From contig OZ038378.1 of the NCBI GenBank assembly GCA_964036045.1, forward strand, positions 4,464,001 through 4,528,000: DNA of 64,000 bases, in the 5' to 3' direction. The stretch comes from Eutreptiella sp. 'Long Island Sound 2002'. Taxonomy: Eukaryota; Protista; Euglenida. Under the pieces are notes generated by a model that was not told the DNA's origin, did not search any database, and saw nothing but the letters and a program-made list of their open reading frames with translations. How positions within the stretch are numbered: position 1 is the first letter of the stretch; the number at the start of each line of letters is the position of its first letter. Of the stretch, positions 63,506-64,000 are shown one piece after another. The position numbers and the translations under genes were made by a program.

Positions 63506-64000
63506 CTGCGGACATAGCAAGTGCCTTGACCCCTGCCCTGCCCCGAATACCCCATGCACCCTGTCCCTGGCCGTACCCCTACCCCTGTCCCATTGCCATT
63601 AACCCCTGCCACTATCCCTGCCCTCGCCCCACATCCCGAACTTTGCCCGTGCTCATACGTCCTTGCCCCTGCCCCTGCCCCTGCCGATACCCCAATAGAT
63701 GTGGCTCCAACGCTCTGCAAAAAAGAAGGCCACCCTCAGGCATCCCTGGTCCAGTCTCAACTATGTGGATACACTGAACACCTGCCTGGCGGCCGGCTGG
63801 GGCACAGTCTGTGCAAAGATTAAACCTGGCTTCAATGGCCAAAACCCCACCTCCCCAGAGATTAGAGTGTGGGCAATGTGCCGAACCATCGTTCCAATTT
63901 TCCCATTCAAGCACAGCCTGGGGATTGGGGCAGGGACAGTGGCGAGGGCTGGGACAGTGGCAGGGGCAGGACCAGGGGCAAGGCTAGGGGCAGGTGCAGG

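Noticed and set aside
63520-64000. CCCTGC/GGGGCA hexamer tracts as coding GA/PC repeats
   Set aside because: Intronic simple repeats upstream of the phosphatase acceptor.

Overview
This is a repeat-rich eukaryotic window with spliceosomal GT-AG introns, long poly-C/poly-G runs, (CA)n tracts and degenerate TTAGGG tracts. It looks protist-like, possibly euglenozoan, but the taxon cannot be proven from sequence. The first ~6.3 kb is a decayed two-gene element on the minus strand. One gene is a ~660-aa DDE-type transposase-like ORF (DN...D...GxxH...E; Academ/DUF6589-like by inference) broken only by three in-frame stops. The other is a 5-exon, ~880-aa gene with an N-terminal ParB/Srx-like domain and a C-terminal region resembling a degenerate N6/N4 DNA methyltransferase. 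The element carries 10 copies of the 22-bp palindrome AGTGCGCGAGGCCTCGCGCACT, all in non-coding positions (three sit in the middle of introns), and no full copy was seen elsewhere in the window. The rest is a transposon graveyard: pogo DD35D, two Harbinger copies, a hAT-like 11-bp-TIR/8-bp-TSD element, poly-C-TIR MITEs, and LINE, DIRS-like and gag remnants. Host exons are interleaved, all on the minus strand: a membrane protein, a dual-specificity phosphatase, a P/H-rich unknown protein, a PARP-like protein, and a histidine phosphatase that appears spliced to a TFIIS-type Zn ribbon. All family assignments come from motif recognition by eye; no database searches were run.
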